The notes under the pieces were generated by a model. The model was not told the origin of the DNA and did not search any database. It saw only the letters and a list, made by a program, of their open reading frames with translations. Below, one piece after another: positions 48,961-59,760 of a stretch of DNA of 64,000 nt. Made by a program: the position numbers and the translations under genes. The first letter of the stretch is position 1, and each line of letters starts with the position of its first letter. Source of the stretch: Octopus sinensis (taxonomy: Eukaryota); NCBI RefSeq assembly GCF_006345805.1, contig NC_043009.1, positions 19,468,001-19,532,000 of the forward strand. Reading direction: 5' to 3'.

Positions 48961-51900
48961 TGTGTGTCCCCCAACCACTGTTTGACATTTGAAGTTGATT
49001 TGTTTATGTTGCTGTAACTTAGTGGTTCAGCAAAAGAGATTAATACAATAAGTATCAGGCTTAGAAAAAAAAAGTCTAAGGTTCGATTTGTTTGACTAAA
49101 AACTCTTTAAGGTGGTGCCCCAGCATGGCTGCAGTCTAATGACTGAAACAAGTAAAAGATAACAGATTATTATATACTGAAATATTCAGGCTAATGTCTT
49201 CATCTTGGTCACAATATTTCAGCTGTTGTACTCTGCAGCCATCTTCAGGAATTACCATTATTCCCAACAGACATATTCAGATTAGTGTCTCCTCATCTTG
49301 GTTGTTACAATCAAAACATTTCAACCATTGAACCCTCCACATATTTTCAGGTGCCTGTAATGTTCAGTAACATTCTCAGAATTTTGCATGGAACCCTTTA
49401 TTCAATCCACAGAAGTAGAATGTCCTCATCCGATATCAGGGATAGTTTCCCACTTGTGATAATATTTGTCCATTCCACTTAAATCCGAGTATAAATAGCT
49501 TGGCTGATGCATGGATTGAACTCATACCCATCAGCTAAACCCCTGCACTCGACACATATCCACAATCCCAACATTCCATGGAACCACAGCCTGAATATAT
49601 CAGGTGTATAACAACAGCAGCAGCAGCAACAAGAATACCTGAAACAGTTACAACATCAGATCTGGAACCTTATAAATCTTATCCATAAAATTAACTCTAC
49701 GTTTTTTTCTTATAATTTACCCCAAAAGAAGACATAAGTGAAGTTCCAGAACCACAACTATAAAATGGTAACTGGAAGAAATGCAAAGTGGATGGGCATC
49801 AGATGACAGAATTGTAAGAGAGTTCAACAAAGACTTTGAGATATTTGGTTACATTCCTTCAAGTTTTGGTTGCATTTAAATTTGGAACTACATTCTCATG
49901 GTTCACTATCAGAGACCAAATGCCATATAACTTGATTAATTCTTGTTTACGTAGAAGATTTCTGGTACCAATAGATCCAAGCAACAAAATTCCTCACAAC
50001 TACCAAAATGTAAGCAGTTCCACAGACCAAGTCTTTTATTGATCTTGAAATGATGAAAGATAATGTCAACTATGGCAGGAATTAAACTCAGAATGTAAAA
50101 GACTCCAGCCAAATATGGCACAGGATTTTCTTCCTCAACATCATCATCATCATCATCATCATTTAGCGTCCGTTTTCCATGCTAGCATGGGTTGGACGGT
50201 TCTACTGGGGTCTGTGAAGCCAGAAGGCTTCATCAGGCCCAGTCAAATCTGGCAGTGTTTCTACGGCTGGATGCCCTTCCTAATGCCAACCACTCCGTGA
50301 GTGTAGTGGGTGCTTTTTACGTGCCACCCGCACTGGTGCCAGACAGAGCTGGCAAACGGCCACGAACGGATGGTGCTTTTTATGTGCCACCGGCACGAGG
50401 GCCAGGCGAGGCTGGCAACGGACACGAAACGGGGTGGTGCTGGCAACGGTCGCGAAACGGAAAGTTCTCGTACATGCCACTGGCACTGGTAACACATCTG
50501 CAATTTCCATTGATCGATTTCCATTGATCGATTTCGATTCTGATCCTCACTTGCCTCAATGGGTCTTCACAAGCAGAGTTTCGACATGCCACCGGCACTG
50601 GTAGCACATCCGCAATTTCCATTGATCGATTTCGATTCTGATCCTCACTTGCCTCAACAGGTCTTCACAAGTAGAGTTTTGTGTCCCAAGAAGGGAAGGT
50701 ATGCATACGTAGGCTGGCTCCATCCCATGTAGAAGGCCACGGGTTGTGGACTCACTTGTCCTGCCGGGTCTTCTCGCGCACAGCACACTTCCAGAGGTCT
50801 CGGTCTCTAGTCATTTCCTCAGTGAGACCTAAAGTTCGAAGGTCGTGCTTCACCACCTCGTCCCAGGTTTTCCTGGGTCTGCCTCTTCCACAGGTTCCCT
50901 CAACCGCTATGGTGTGGCACTTTTTCACACAACTATCTTCATCCATTCTCGCCACATGACCATACCAGCGCAAACGTCTCTCTTGCACACCACAACTGAT
51001 GCTTCTTAGGTCCAGCTTTTCTCTCAAGGTACTTACACTCTGCCGAGTGTGAGTACCGGCATTACACATCCATCGGAGCATACTGGCTTCATTTCTAGCG
51101 AGCTTACGCATATCCTCAGCAGTCACGGCCCATGTTTCACTGCTATGTAGCATGGCTGTTCGTACACACGCATCATACAGTCTGCCTTTCACTCTGTGCG
51201 AGAGGCCTTTTGTCACCAGCAGAGGTAAGAGCTCTCTGAACTTTGCCCAAGCTATTCTTACTCTAGCAGTTACACTTTCAGCACACCCGCCCCCGCTGCT
51301 GACTTGGTCACCTAGGTAACGGAAACTATCAACTATTTCTAGTTTTTCTCCCTGGAAAGTGACGGAAGTTGGTCTCAGAGCATTTTCAGTGTTTATTGTT
51401 CCTGAGCATCTGCCACATACAAAAACCATCTTCCTAGTTAGCCTTCCTTTGACATTGCTGCATCTCTTATGTGTCCATAGCTTACACTTGGTGCATCTTA
51501 TAGAGTTTCTACCTACACCTTTTCTACAGATCGAGCAGGGCCATCTACCTGAAGGTGTTTGTGATTTGTCTACCTTCCTACTGATTATGACTTTGGTTTT
51601 AGCTAGATTGACTCTGAGACCCTTCGATTCTAATCCTTGTTTCCACACCTGAAACTTCTCCAGTTCTGATAGCGACTCAGCAATTAGAGCAAGGTCATCA
51701 GCATAGAGGAGCTCCCAAGGGCATCCTGTCTTGAATTCCTCCGTTATTGCCTGGAGGACTACGATAAATAGGAGGGGGCTGAGTACTGAGCCTTGGTGGA
51801 CCCCTACCTCTACCCGGAATTCTTCACTGTACTCATTTCCAACCCTCACCCTACTAGCGGCGTCCCTATACATGGCCCGCACAGCTCTCACTAACCATTC

Positions 51901-53829
51901 ATCTATCCCTAGTTTTCTCATTGCCCACCAGATAAGGGATCGGGGGACCCTGTCGAAGGCTTTCTCCATGTCAACAAAAGCCAGGTACAGGGGCTTATCT
52001 TTGGCTAGGTATTTCTCCTGCAGCTGCCTTACCAGGAATATAGCATCAGTAGTACTTTTCCCTGGCACAAACCCAAACTGCATCTCATCTAAACTAACTC
52101 TCTCTCTAATTAGTTGGGCTATGACCCTCTCCGTAACCTTCATCACCTGGTCCAACAGCTTGATACCTCTGTAGTTATTTGTATCTAGGGCATCACCTTT
52201 ACCTTTGTAGCAGTTGACTATTATACTGCTACACCAGTCATTGGGTATGACCCCTTTGTGTATCACCTGATTAACTATATGGGTGACTAGGCTATAGCCG
52301 ACACTACCAGACATTTTGAGCATCTCTGCAGTGATTCCTGATGGGCCTGGGGCTTTCCCTGTCTTCATGCTTCTAATTGCCTTAGCTACCACAGAACTAT
52401 CAACTCGGATAGCTGGTCCCTCTGTTGGGTCAACATTCGGCAGACTCTCTTTATCCCATTCATTTTCTTCATTCAGCAACCTTTCATAGTGGCATCTCCA
52501 AACCTCTCTCTTTGCATCCTCATTTAGCGCAAGTGAACCATCTTCCATGCGAACACACTTCTCTCCTACCACATCACGATTCTCTCTCACACACTGTCTT
52601 GCAACACGAAACACCTCCAGTCTTTGGTCCTCACGGCGCAGAACATTGGCAAATTTTTTCTTATCTGCTTCCCCTCTGGCTAAATAAACCTGTCTCCTAG
52701 CTTCTCTTTTGGCAGTCTGATACAATTCCCTGCTACCCCCATAGCAATCCATTTTCCTGGTGAAACAAAATTGATTTTAAAAAGGTTTGATCCCTTACAG
52801 AAGGGTCTCTTCCTCATATAGAAAAGTATGATTACACACAGAAGGGACTGACCCTTATGCAGAAGGGATTGGCCTCTATGCAAAAGGGATTGATTATACT
52901 TACTGAAAGGGTTTTCACTTTCATACTTCAGGGCCTGCAGAGCTTCAACAGCTGGATGAAGGGGTTTGGAAGGATCAATTTCTTTCAAAAAAGCTGGATG
53001 GGTTTCTAATTCCTGCAATAATTTTCATTAATTAATTAATTAATGCTGAATTACTTTTTATAAAATAATTGAAAACTGAATTACAAACTTTATGGTTATC
53101 AACTCTTCTACTAACTGGGTGAAAGAGAGGAAGAGAGAGGAGGAGACAGAGAGAAAGAGAGAAGAGGAGAGAGTTGATATTCTTTTACATCCATTTTCTC
53201 ATTCCATCCGTCTTTGTAACTCTTTGACATTTGTGTCTTTATTTGCTTCTTTGATTAATGAATGCAGCCATTTGCTGTGTGGTCAAGATGTCCAAAGCCC
53301 AGCTGTGACTGAGTAGTTAAGAACGTTTGACCTGCAAGTGACACCTTGGGCAAGTGTCTTCTACCACAGCCACAAAGCAGCCAAACAGTTGTGAGTGACA
53401 TTTTATAGATGGAAACTGTACTGAAGCTTCTCAGAGAGATCATCCCATTTAATGAGTAGCAGACTTAATCTACAACCCAGTTCACCACCACCACCTACTT
53501 CCCCCTCTCCCCCTGGCCTATGAGTGCCCTCAAGAGGCCACCCTGTTGCAAGCATTTGGGCTAAATATGAGGAAAACTACCTGTTTTTCTCCCAACAATC
53601 TTTGAGACCTTAAAAATAGTCACAGGCCTGGCTCTTCCTTCTCTCAGGAAATCATTAAACAAGAAAATTAAAACAGGTTATTAGTGATGCTGTCATTAAA
53701 CAGACAAGGTGCACACCTCCAAGGAGATGACATGGGTTATCTTTCCCCAAAGTTTTGATAGCTAATCAACACAGTAAACATGCATCAGGTTCACCGATAT
53801 ATTGATTACATGTGTGTGTGTGTGTGTGT

Positions 53830-53872
<43 letters not shown>

Positions 53873-54060
53873 CGTATATATATATATATATATATGTGAA
53901 CTGAACTCACAGCAATAATTTCTTCAATACTTTTGTCTTCAGTTTCAGCCGTTTTCTTAGACTTTTTCATCATTTCATTCAGGAAGTCATCAAGTTCCTC
54001 ATCAACTTTCTCAGCAATACTTTCTGTCAAATTCTTTGATTGAGGCATGTTGGAAGACAT
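39824..54060 (-). CDS. TTC4: Tetratricopeptide repeat protein 4 (Hsp70/Hsp90 co-chaperone, Cns1 orthologue), 11 coding exons, 390 aa
   Basis: Exons 54060-53911, 53012-52904, 48623-48462, 46694-46617, 44897-44830, 44728-44672, 43696-43610, 43287-43094, 42000-41916, 40865-40783, 39923-39824 join in frame (1173 nt). Motifs: ALQALKYE, KEEGN TPR clamp, LYCNRAASHYQLGN, LHWPVLFMYPEYNQSDFI, GGTPAFILLV. Confidence 0.96.
40783..40865 (-). CDS. TTC4: TTC4 exon (IYFEENK...LEILQHE)
   Basis: tttccag / aa|gtaagt. Confidence 0.93.
41916..42000 (-). CDS. TTC4: TTC4 exon (FSDHILEMF...PWDEEHKYVPENIE)
   Basis: tttctag / gag|gtaaca. Confidence 0.93.
43094..43287 (-). CDS. TTC4: TTC4 exon (KRHIK...HWPVLFMYPEYNQSDFIESFSENH)
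   Basis: ttttcag / tg|gtacat. Confidence 0.95.
43610..43696 (-). CDS. TTC4: TTC4 exon (KIQDRDLRK...FNEIH)
   Basis: ttttag / cat|gtaagt. Confidence 0.92.
44672..44728 (-). CDS. TTC4: TTC4 exon (FEPENEKLSALKEKSLKLK)
   Basis: 19 codons; aag|gtaatt donor. Confidence 0.88.
44729..44829 (-). other. U12-type (minor spliceosome) intron with AT-AT termini, 101 nt
   Basis: 5' ATATCCTTT; branch site TTCCTTGAC at 44748-44740; intron ends ...AATGTAT; removal restores the TTC4 frame. Confidence 0.87.
44830..44897 (-). CDS. TTC4: TTC4 exon (SQCCIELKKFSDAIKWCEAGLK)
   Basis: tttttacaag acceptor; ends at U12-type donor ATATCCTTT. Confidence 0.92.
45420..46001. mobile_element. Foldback/MITE with 49-bp inverted arms interrupted by an RTE 3'-end insertion
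   Basis: 45420-45468 is the reverse complement of 45953-46001; RTE-derived sequence 45465-45917 ends in a (GAT)n tail. Confidence 0.7.
46194..46368. mobile_element. piggyBac-like MITE
   Basis: TTAA|CCCTTT ... AAAGGG|TTAA. Confidence 0.7.
46617..46694 (-). CDS. TTC4: TTC4 exon (NFGYALFDC...KAFIR)
   Basis: tttcag / g|gtaagt. Confidence 0.93.
48462..48623 (-). CDS. TTC4: TTC4 exon (TPR1-2)
   Basis: KADSFKEEGN...LYCNRAASHYQL; cttacag / g|gtaagt. Confidence 0.95.
50139..52742 (-). mobile_element. 5'-truncated RTE-clade LINE with complete 3' UTR and (GAT)n tail
   Basis: 666-aa ORF: GKAPGPSG, NYRGIKLL, QFGF, FVDMEKAFDRVPR, GVHQGSVLSP, YADD, RRLRWYGHV, RGRPRKTW; tail reads (CAT)n on + at ~50139-50162. 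Confidence 0.96.
50752..52752 (-). CDS. RTE reverse transcriptase with embedded PHD-like C4HC3 finger (partial ORF)
   Basis: CSIC-x10-CTKC-x4-H-x2-C-x14-CGRC inserted between NLAKTK and FRYLG. Confidence 0.9.
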   Translation of the reverse strand: MDCYGGSRELYQTAKREARRQVYLARGEADKKKFANVLRREDQRLEVFRVARQCVRENRDVVGEKCVRMEDGSLALNEDAKREVWRCHYERLLNEENEWDKESLPNVDPTEGPAIRVDSSVVAKAIRSMKTGKAPGPSGITAEMLKMSGSVGYSLVTHIVNQVIHKGVIPNDWCSSIIVNCYKGKGDALDTNNYRGIKLLDQVMKVTERVIAQLIRERVSLDEMQFGFVPGKSTTDAIFLVRQLQEKYLAKDKPLYLAFVDMEKAFDRVPRSLIWWAMRKLGIDEWLVRAVRAMYRDAASRVRVGNEYSEEFRVEVGVHQGSVLSPLLFIVVLQAITEEFKTGCPWELLYADDLALIAESLSELEKFQVWKQGLESKGLRVNLAKTKVIISRKVDKSQTPSGRWPCSICRKGVGRNSIRCTKCKLWTHKRCSNVKGRLTRKMVFVCGRCSGTINTENALRPTSVTFQGEKLEIVDSFRYLGDQVSSGGGCAESVTARVRIAWAKFRELLPLLVTKGLSHRVKGRLYDACVRTAMLHSSETWAVTAEDMRKLARNEASMLRWMCNAGTHTRQSVSTLREKLDLRSISCGVQERRLRWYGHVARMDEDSCVKKCHTIAVEGTCGRGRPRKTWDEVVKHDLRTLGLTEEMTRDRDLWKCAVREKTRQDK
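52904..53012 (-). CDS. TTC4: TTC4 exon (ELETHPAF...ESENPF)
   Basis: ttgcag acceptor, a|gtaagt donor. Confidence 0.93.
53911..54060 (-). CDS. TTC4: TTC4 first coding exon
   Basis: Acceptor gttacag ending 54072, ATG 54060, gct|gtgagt donor. Confidence 0.85.
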
Positions 54061-54784
54061 TTTAAGCAACACTGTAACGAAATATAAATATTAAAATAAT
54101 ATCAGATATTACAAAAACCATCTGAAACATAGAAACGTACCTTAAAATAAACAAAAAGATCCCACCCCCACCCCCACAACTGATTGGCATGAAATCACCA
54201 ATACACACCAATCTTTGAACCACAATCATGCTGTGTCCTCTCTTTACTTTTTCTACAGCTACTACATGGTCTCTGCTCCTCGGAACTGGCTGGTTTTCTT
54301 CCACCTCCATCCAGATTCATGTCTCTTCTTTTGTGCCACCCATTTTGTATCTAATTCTCCTGGGTTTCTAACTAACCCTTTCACAGTCCTTCTTCCCCAC
54401 AGGCCCTCTTCAAGATCCACACTGTCCATATTTTTCCCCAGTTGTTCAGGAAGAACACTGACCACATCAGTTTCACTGAACGGCCTTCAAAGACACAATC
54501 CCTCCCATCAGATTATCCCCATCATAGTTTTAATATCCACTTGCATGGCTCAGAATTCCTTGTGACAGATTATCCATGGTTGGATAATTCCTATTGCTAA
54601 ATCTCGGCTGTTACTGAGCAATGTAACATTTCTCCATGCTCAGACATGTCTTTCACAGAAAACTACAAACGAACAACCTCACTTATATGACAGTGATGCT
54701 CATTTACAGCCATCACAAGCTGTCAAGACAAGGGTACACAACCATGCACACACTGGTAATGATGCAGATACACACACACACATA

Positions 54785-55322
54785 TATGGCACGTAAAAAG
54801 CACCATCCATACATGGTCGATGCCAGCGCCGCCTTGACTGGCTACCACGTTGGTGGCACGCAAAAACCACTAACCAATCGTGGCTGTTGCCAGCCTCCCC
54901 TGGCACCTGTGCTGGTGGCACGTAAAAAGCACTATCTGTATGTGGCTGATGCCAGCGCCGCTTTGACTGGCTTCCACGTCGGTGGCACGTAAAAACCACT
55001 AACCGATCATGGCTGTAGCCAGCCTCCCCTGGCACGTAAAAAGCACCATCCGTACATGGTCGATGCCAGCGCCACCTTGACTGGAATCTGTGCCAGTGGC
55101 ACGTAAAAAGCACCAACCAATCGTGGCCATTGCCAGCCTCCCCTGGCACCTGTGCCAGTGGAATGTAGAAAGCACCCACTACACTCACGGAGTGGTTGGC
55201 ATTAAGAAGGGCATCCAGCTGTAGAAACACTGCCAGATCAAACTGGAGCCTGGTGCAGCCCCCTGGCTTCCCAGACCCCAGTCGAACCATCCAACCCAAA
55301 TGGACATTAAACGATGATGATA
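54785..55322 (+). repeat. GGCACGTAAAAAGCAC minisatellite array leading into an RTE 3' tail
   Basis: About 7 imperfect units of two alternating types, then the standard RTE tail. Confidence 0.8.
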
Positions 55323-55547
55323 AACACATATATACATATACAAATATATTTACGTAGAGCATTAAAAAAAAAAGCAGAATACTAAGAAGAGAATATATAC
55401 TTTCTTAACTCAACAATTGTTTCAGGAAGTTCAGACTTACATAATCATAATGTTCATAATTTGCAGATGGAACGAACAACCAGTAAACTGTCACATAGAG
55501 ACATTACCATAAGTCTGGCTTCCTTCATAAAGAGAAAGTTGGCAAAA

Positions 55548-55594
<47 letters not shown>

Positions 55595-55952
55595 TAATGT
55601 TTATATGCCAACATAATGTGGCAATCCTATAAAGGACGATGTTACTGTTGTTTTCGCCCCAGGAAAACATCTTCTCCAGCTATCAACACAGTTTGCGGCT
55701 GTATATAACATTTGCAAGAGAGGTCATAGCTCCCATCTCTAGCCTTACGTTATACTCACAGACCTAGGTTTCTGAATCTTATCCATCCTCAGTGAGAAAC
55801 AATCATCAACTAGTGATGAAAGCTATCTCCATTTGCAAATACTATATATTCTCTATATATACTACATATATATCATCATCATCATCATTTAATATCTGTT
55901 TTCCATGCTGGCATGGGTATTTACATATGTGTGTGTGTGTATGTAAATATAT

Positions 55953-56978
55953 TGTTACGCCGTCGCTCAACTCAACTCAGGACCCTAAGTCGGCAACGAC
56001 GACTACGCTCAGTCAAATGGAAATCCACCACAAAATGCAGGAGTGGGCAGCGAACACAAACCAGTAACCGACACAACAACAAAGGAGAGAGAGAGCAGAG
56101 GCAGTTGCTTACATTTAACATCAATTTATATAATTCACAAAATCAATTAAAACATTTCAAATACATTTAAAAACAAAAGCATTTAGCTACAACACAATTC
56201 GAATTACAATCAAATACATTCAAACATAATACAACTGTTCAATTAACCAAATCAATTAACAGATCATACACAGAGTTAAAAAAACAATCAAAACAAATAA
56301 TGGCATTTAGCAAAATACAACGTCCAACTTTTCTAAACAAATCAATTGGTTGACATGCAACACAATACAGAATCAAACAAAGTCTTTCTCTTTTCTTAAT
56401 TTTCTTTTCTCTCTCTTCTTCTAACACAGAGAGTTTGTTCTCAAAGATTCCTTTTTCTTTTCAACAGATTACGTCACAGAGTCCCCTTTCTTTACATTCA
56501 ACATCAAAGTCCAAAACACAAATGAACAATACCGGCAACACTTCCTGAACATTACAACTCCCACTATAGTAGTCCAGTTTCTTCACGTGTCTCTCTCTGC
56601 CCCTTCTACGTCATCTTCTTTACGACCTCTATTTGCCTCTCACCAATTTTCACATTCACTCCCTGTTTTCCTCACCTCTTGCCACTATCATCTCCTGGCT
56701 GGCTGTCTGCATCGACTGGCCGCCTCTTGCCAACTGAACCCTTTTCCAGCCTTTCGCTGTCTGCTTCGCTAACCCCAGTCCATCACATTTTAACGGGTGG
56801 AATTTTTTTTTTTTTTCAACTTTCCCTGGCCGTTGGGATCAGAGATTACTTCCTAAACTCATTATTTTTTTACTGTTGCTGTTGACAGGACAAAGGATTA
56901 TTTTTTTTTCCTGTCGGTTCAACTCCAACCAACGGAACTAGGGCATAATGTTTTCCCCTTAATTTTACCTCTGTAACA
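55953..56978 (-). mobile_element. Solo LTR (Gypsy-like), ~1026 bp
   Basis: TGTTAC...GTAACA inverted termini (TG..CA), flanked by ATAT on both sides; non-coding and CpG-retaining; orientation is inferred. Confidence 0.7.
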
Positions 56979-56989
56979 ATATATATATA

Positions 56990-58504
56990 CAGTATCTCAC
57001 AGAAGTATGTACACCACTAAAAATTTCATTAAAAAATTGCCATTACTCTGATGATATGAAGGAAATCAAATGAAATTGATACTGAATAAAATGTATTACG
57101 CATGCAAACATTATACAAATTTGGAACACAAAACAATAAGCATTTTCAAAGATATGAACAAAATATTAGTTTTCAAACAATATATAGAGATGTACACCCC
57201 AAAGGAAATTTGCTTTGGTGTGACTGCATTGTCTTCTGGGCATAGAATCGACTAAATTTCTACATAAAACCAAGGAAATCGACCTCCATGTTACATTGCA
57301 AGGATTTTTCTCCTCAACCTTCCTTTTCAAAACACCCCACAGATGTTCTCTTGGATTTAAATCAGATGACATGGTAGGCCAAGGCAAAACCTTTACCTTT
57401 TTATCTGATAAAAACTTAGTCGTCATCTTTGAAGTGTGTCTTCCTAGTTCCTTGATGCTTTTCAACATTGTTTTCTGTAAAATGTCACAATAAAGCCTTG
57501 AATCCATTGTTTTCTCAATAACTGTAAGTCCTCCCACACCAGCCACACTCATGCATCCCCAAAGCATAACACTTCCCTCGTGTTTCATGGTAGGCATGGT
57601 GCATCTGTCACTATTATCTTCACCTGGTCATCACCGTACTCGTTTAATACAATCTGACCAAAACAAGTTGATTTTAGTCTCATCAGGGAAATGGATTTTA
57701 TTCCCAAAGCTCCTTCTCCTTACTCACATAGGTTTTGGCAAAAGAAAGACGACTTGATTTATGCCTGGAAATGAGGAGAGGCGTCCCACGAGGAATGCAC
57801 CAAACTTCGGCAAACTGTTTGGTTGGTTACACTCTTTCAACTAACAGAAGACACTTCTTGGGCCAAAGATGAAGCGGTGCAACACCTGTCATCCATCATG
57901 TAACATTGGATGTGGCGAATGTTACACACAGTTAAAATAGAAGGACGACCTGGATGATGCTTATTGCTCAGCCGTCCAGTAGCTTTGTACTACTTCTGAT
58001 TTACTTTGGCAACTGATTTATGCTAATATGTACTCGTTTGCTAATTAACTTGTATCCTAAACCATTCTTGTGCAAATTAAAAATAATTTTCTTAAAATCT
58101 TCAGACAATTCTTTTCCTTTTTGGTGCCATTTTAATCACAATGAAGAAGATTTTCACCATGGTACACAAATCAGAATTCCTACAAATGCAATAACAATGA
58201 CCGATGCAAAAATGCCAGAAGAAATAATTTATTAGAATTGAAACTATCAGCAATATCTGAATTTAGTAAAAAGTGGATAAAATATAGAATATAGCAAATT
58301 TCCTTTAGAGGGTACATATTTTTATATTGTTTGAAAATTAATTATTTCATTCATATCTTTGAAAATATTTATTGTTTTTTGGTTCCAAATTCGTATAGTG
58401 CTTGCATGTAAAATATATTTTACTCAGTATAAATTCCCTTCAATATTATCAGAGTAATGGCAATTTTTTTGAAATTTTTTAGGGGTGTACATACATCTGT
58501 GAGA

Positions 58505-58509
<5 letters not shown>
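56990..58509 (-). mobile_element. Tc1-family (IR/DR type) transposon, decayed
   Basis: ~220-bp TIRs starting TA|CAGTATCTCACAGA and ending TCTGTGAGATACTa|TA, with an inner repeat of the tgtacacc motif; transposase remnant from ATG 58130 with TMKHEGSVMLWGCM and WPTMSSDLNPREHLWGVLKRKV. Confidence 0.92.
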
Positions 58510-58545
<36 letters not shown>

Positions 58546-59469
58546 AGGCTTCTTAGAACTTTACTAGAGATGGTGTTGATGTAGCTGCAAAAACAGGAAG
58601 TTCAACAATTTCTGATGAATCTATTTTTAGACTCAGCACAATTAATGTTCATTTGTGTTGTTTTTAATTTTCATGCTTCTTAGTTAAGTGTTTTAGTTTC
58701 TCATAATATCAGAAGTCATCTTGGAATACCAAAACTTAGTGTTGTTCATGATTAAGAGAAATAAATACTTTCATTTTGAAGGCTTCTGTTAATGCTTTAA
58801 TTAACACATAATTGCAAGAGAAAAACAACTGTTAGCGAAGTTAGAAGTATTCAATTAGAAATAGCATAAAAAAAAACACATTAATTTTAAGATGTAAAAG
58901 TGTTTGAGTCACTAGAAATAATGGAACTTCCTGTGTCTGCAAAAACATTTCTGCAGTAAACAATATTTCAATTTCGCTTCTGTAAATTTCCTATTTCTTT
59001 GAAAATATTCCATATTTCTCCCCATTTACCATATATTTATATCTCTATGACACAACACACACATGTACATATATATATATATGTGTGTATTTATTATGGT
59101 CAAGTCAGTGTCAGTGGACAGGGTCTTTAAGCAAAAACATCTCAACTATGGTATTAAGCACTTTTTTTTTCAATAGCCAACATTAAATGAATTATATATA
59201 TATATAAATATATATATATAAATATATATATATAGCAATAGTATAAGATGTGGATTCTGAGAATTGTGTGGCAATCACATAAAGCTCTTCTTACAGATTC
59301 AGCTATCAGAATACACAGTAATCCACAATAGAGAAGTGTAAAGCAGAGTGTCCATACAACTGAAATCCAGAAGATCCAGTTAGTGAAATTATTTCATGAG
59401 GAGTATATAGACCATAAAAAAAATCAGGATATATGAGAGGTGAATATATTTAATCACTTGTAAAAACTG

Positions 59470-59760
59470 TAAAGACCCCCTTTGGTCATGAATGACCATG
59501 GGATTGCACCTAAAAAGTTCCCTTCTAAGGTACAAGTCCAGGCCAGTAGTCATCCATGCATACCAGATTCCTCTCTGCACACCACCGATGTTATCCAAGG
59601 GAAAGGCAAAGGCTGAGGCAGCTTGGCACCACTTACATTGCAACTCACTTCTACAGACGACTGAACTGTTCAAGAACACAACACACAGCCCAGTCCGGGA
59701 ATCAAACTCACCACATCATTGTGAGCTCAACACTCTAGCCACTGAGCCATGCGCCTTCAC
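59470..59760 (-). mobile_element. tRNA-derived SINE (third family)
   Basis: Minus strand begins GAAGGCGCATGGCTCAGTGG (box A) ... GAGTTTGATTCC (box B). Confidence 0.65.

Noticed and set aside
52838-52895. 21-bp imperfect tandem repeat encoding QSLLHRG/QSLLHKG
   Set aside because: It lies just inside the intron after the 52903 donor; a local duplication with no evidence of coding use.
52680-53018. Possible in-frame TTC4-RTE fusion via read-through or the cryptic acceptor at 52758-52757
   Set aside because: Both routes enter the frame that stops at 52680 (...LGDRFI*), not the RT frame.
54700-55362. 220-aa ORF and a CRISPR-like look of the GGCACGTAAAAAGCAC repeats
   Set aside because: Spacers are themselves repeated, the context is eukaryotic and the array is part of an RTE 3'-UTR minisatellite; the ORF is incidental.
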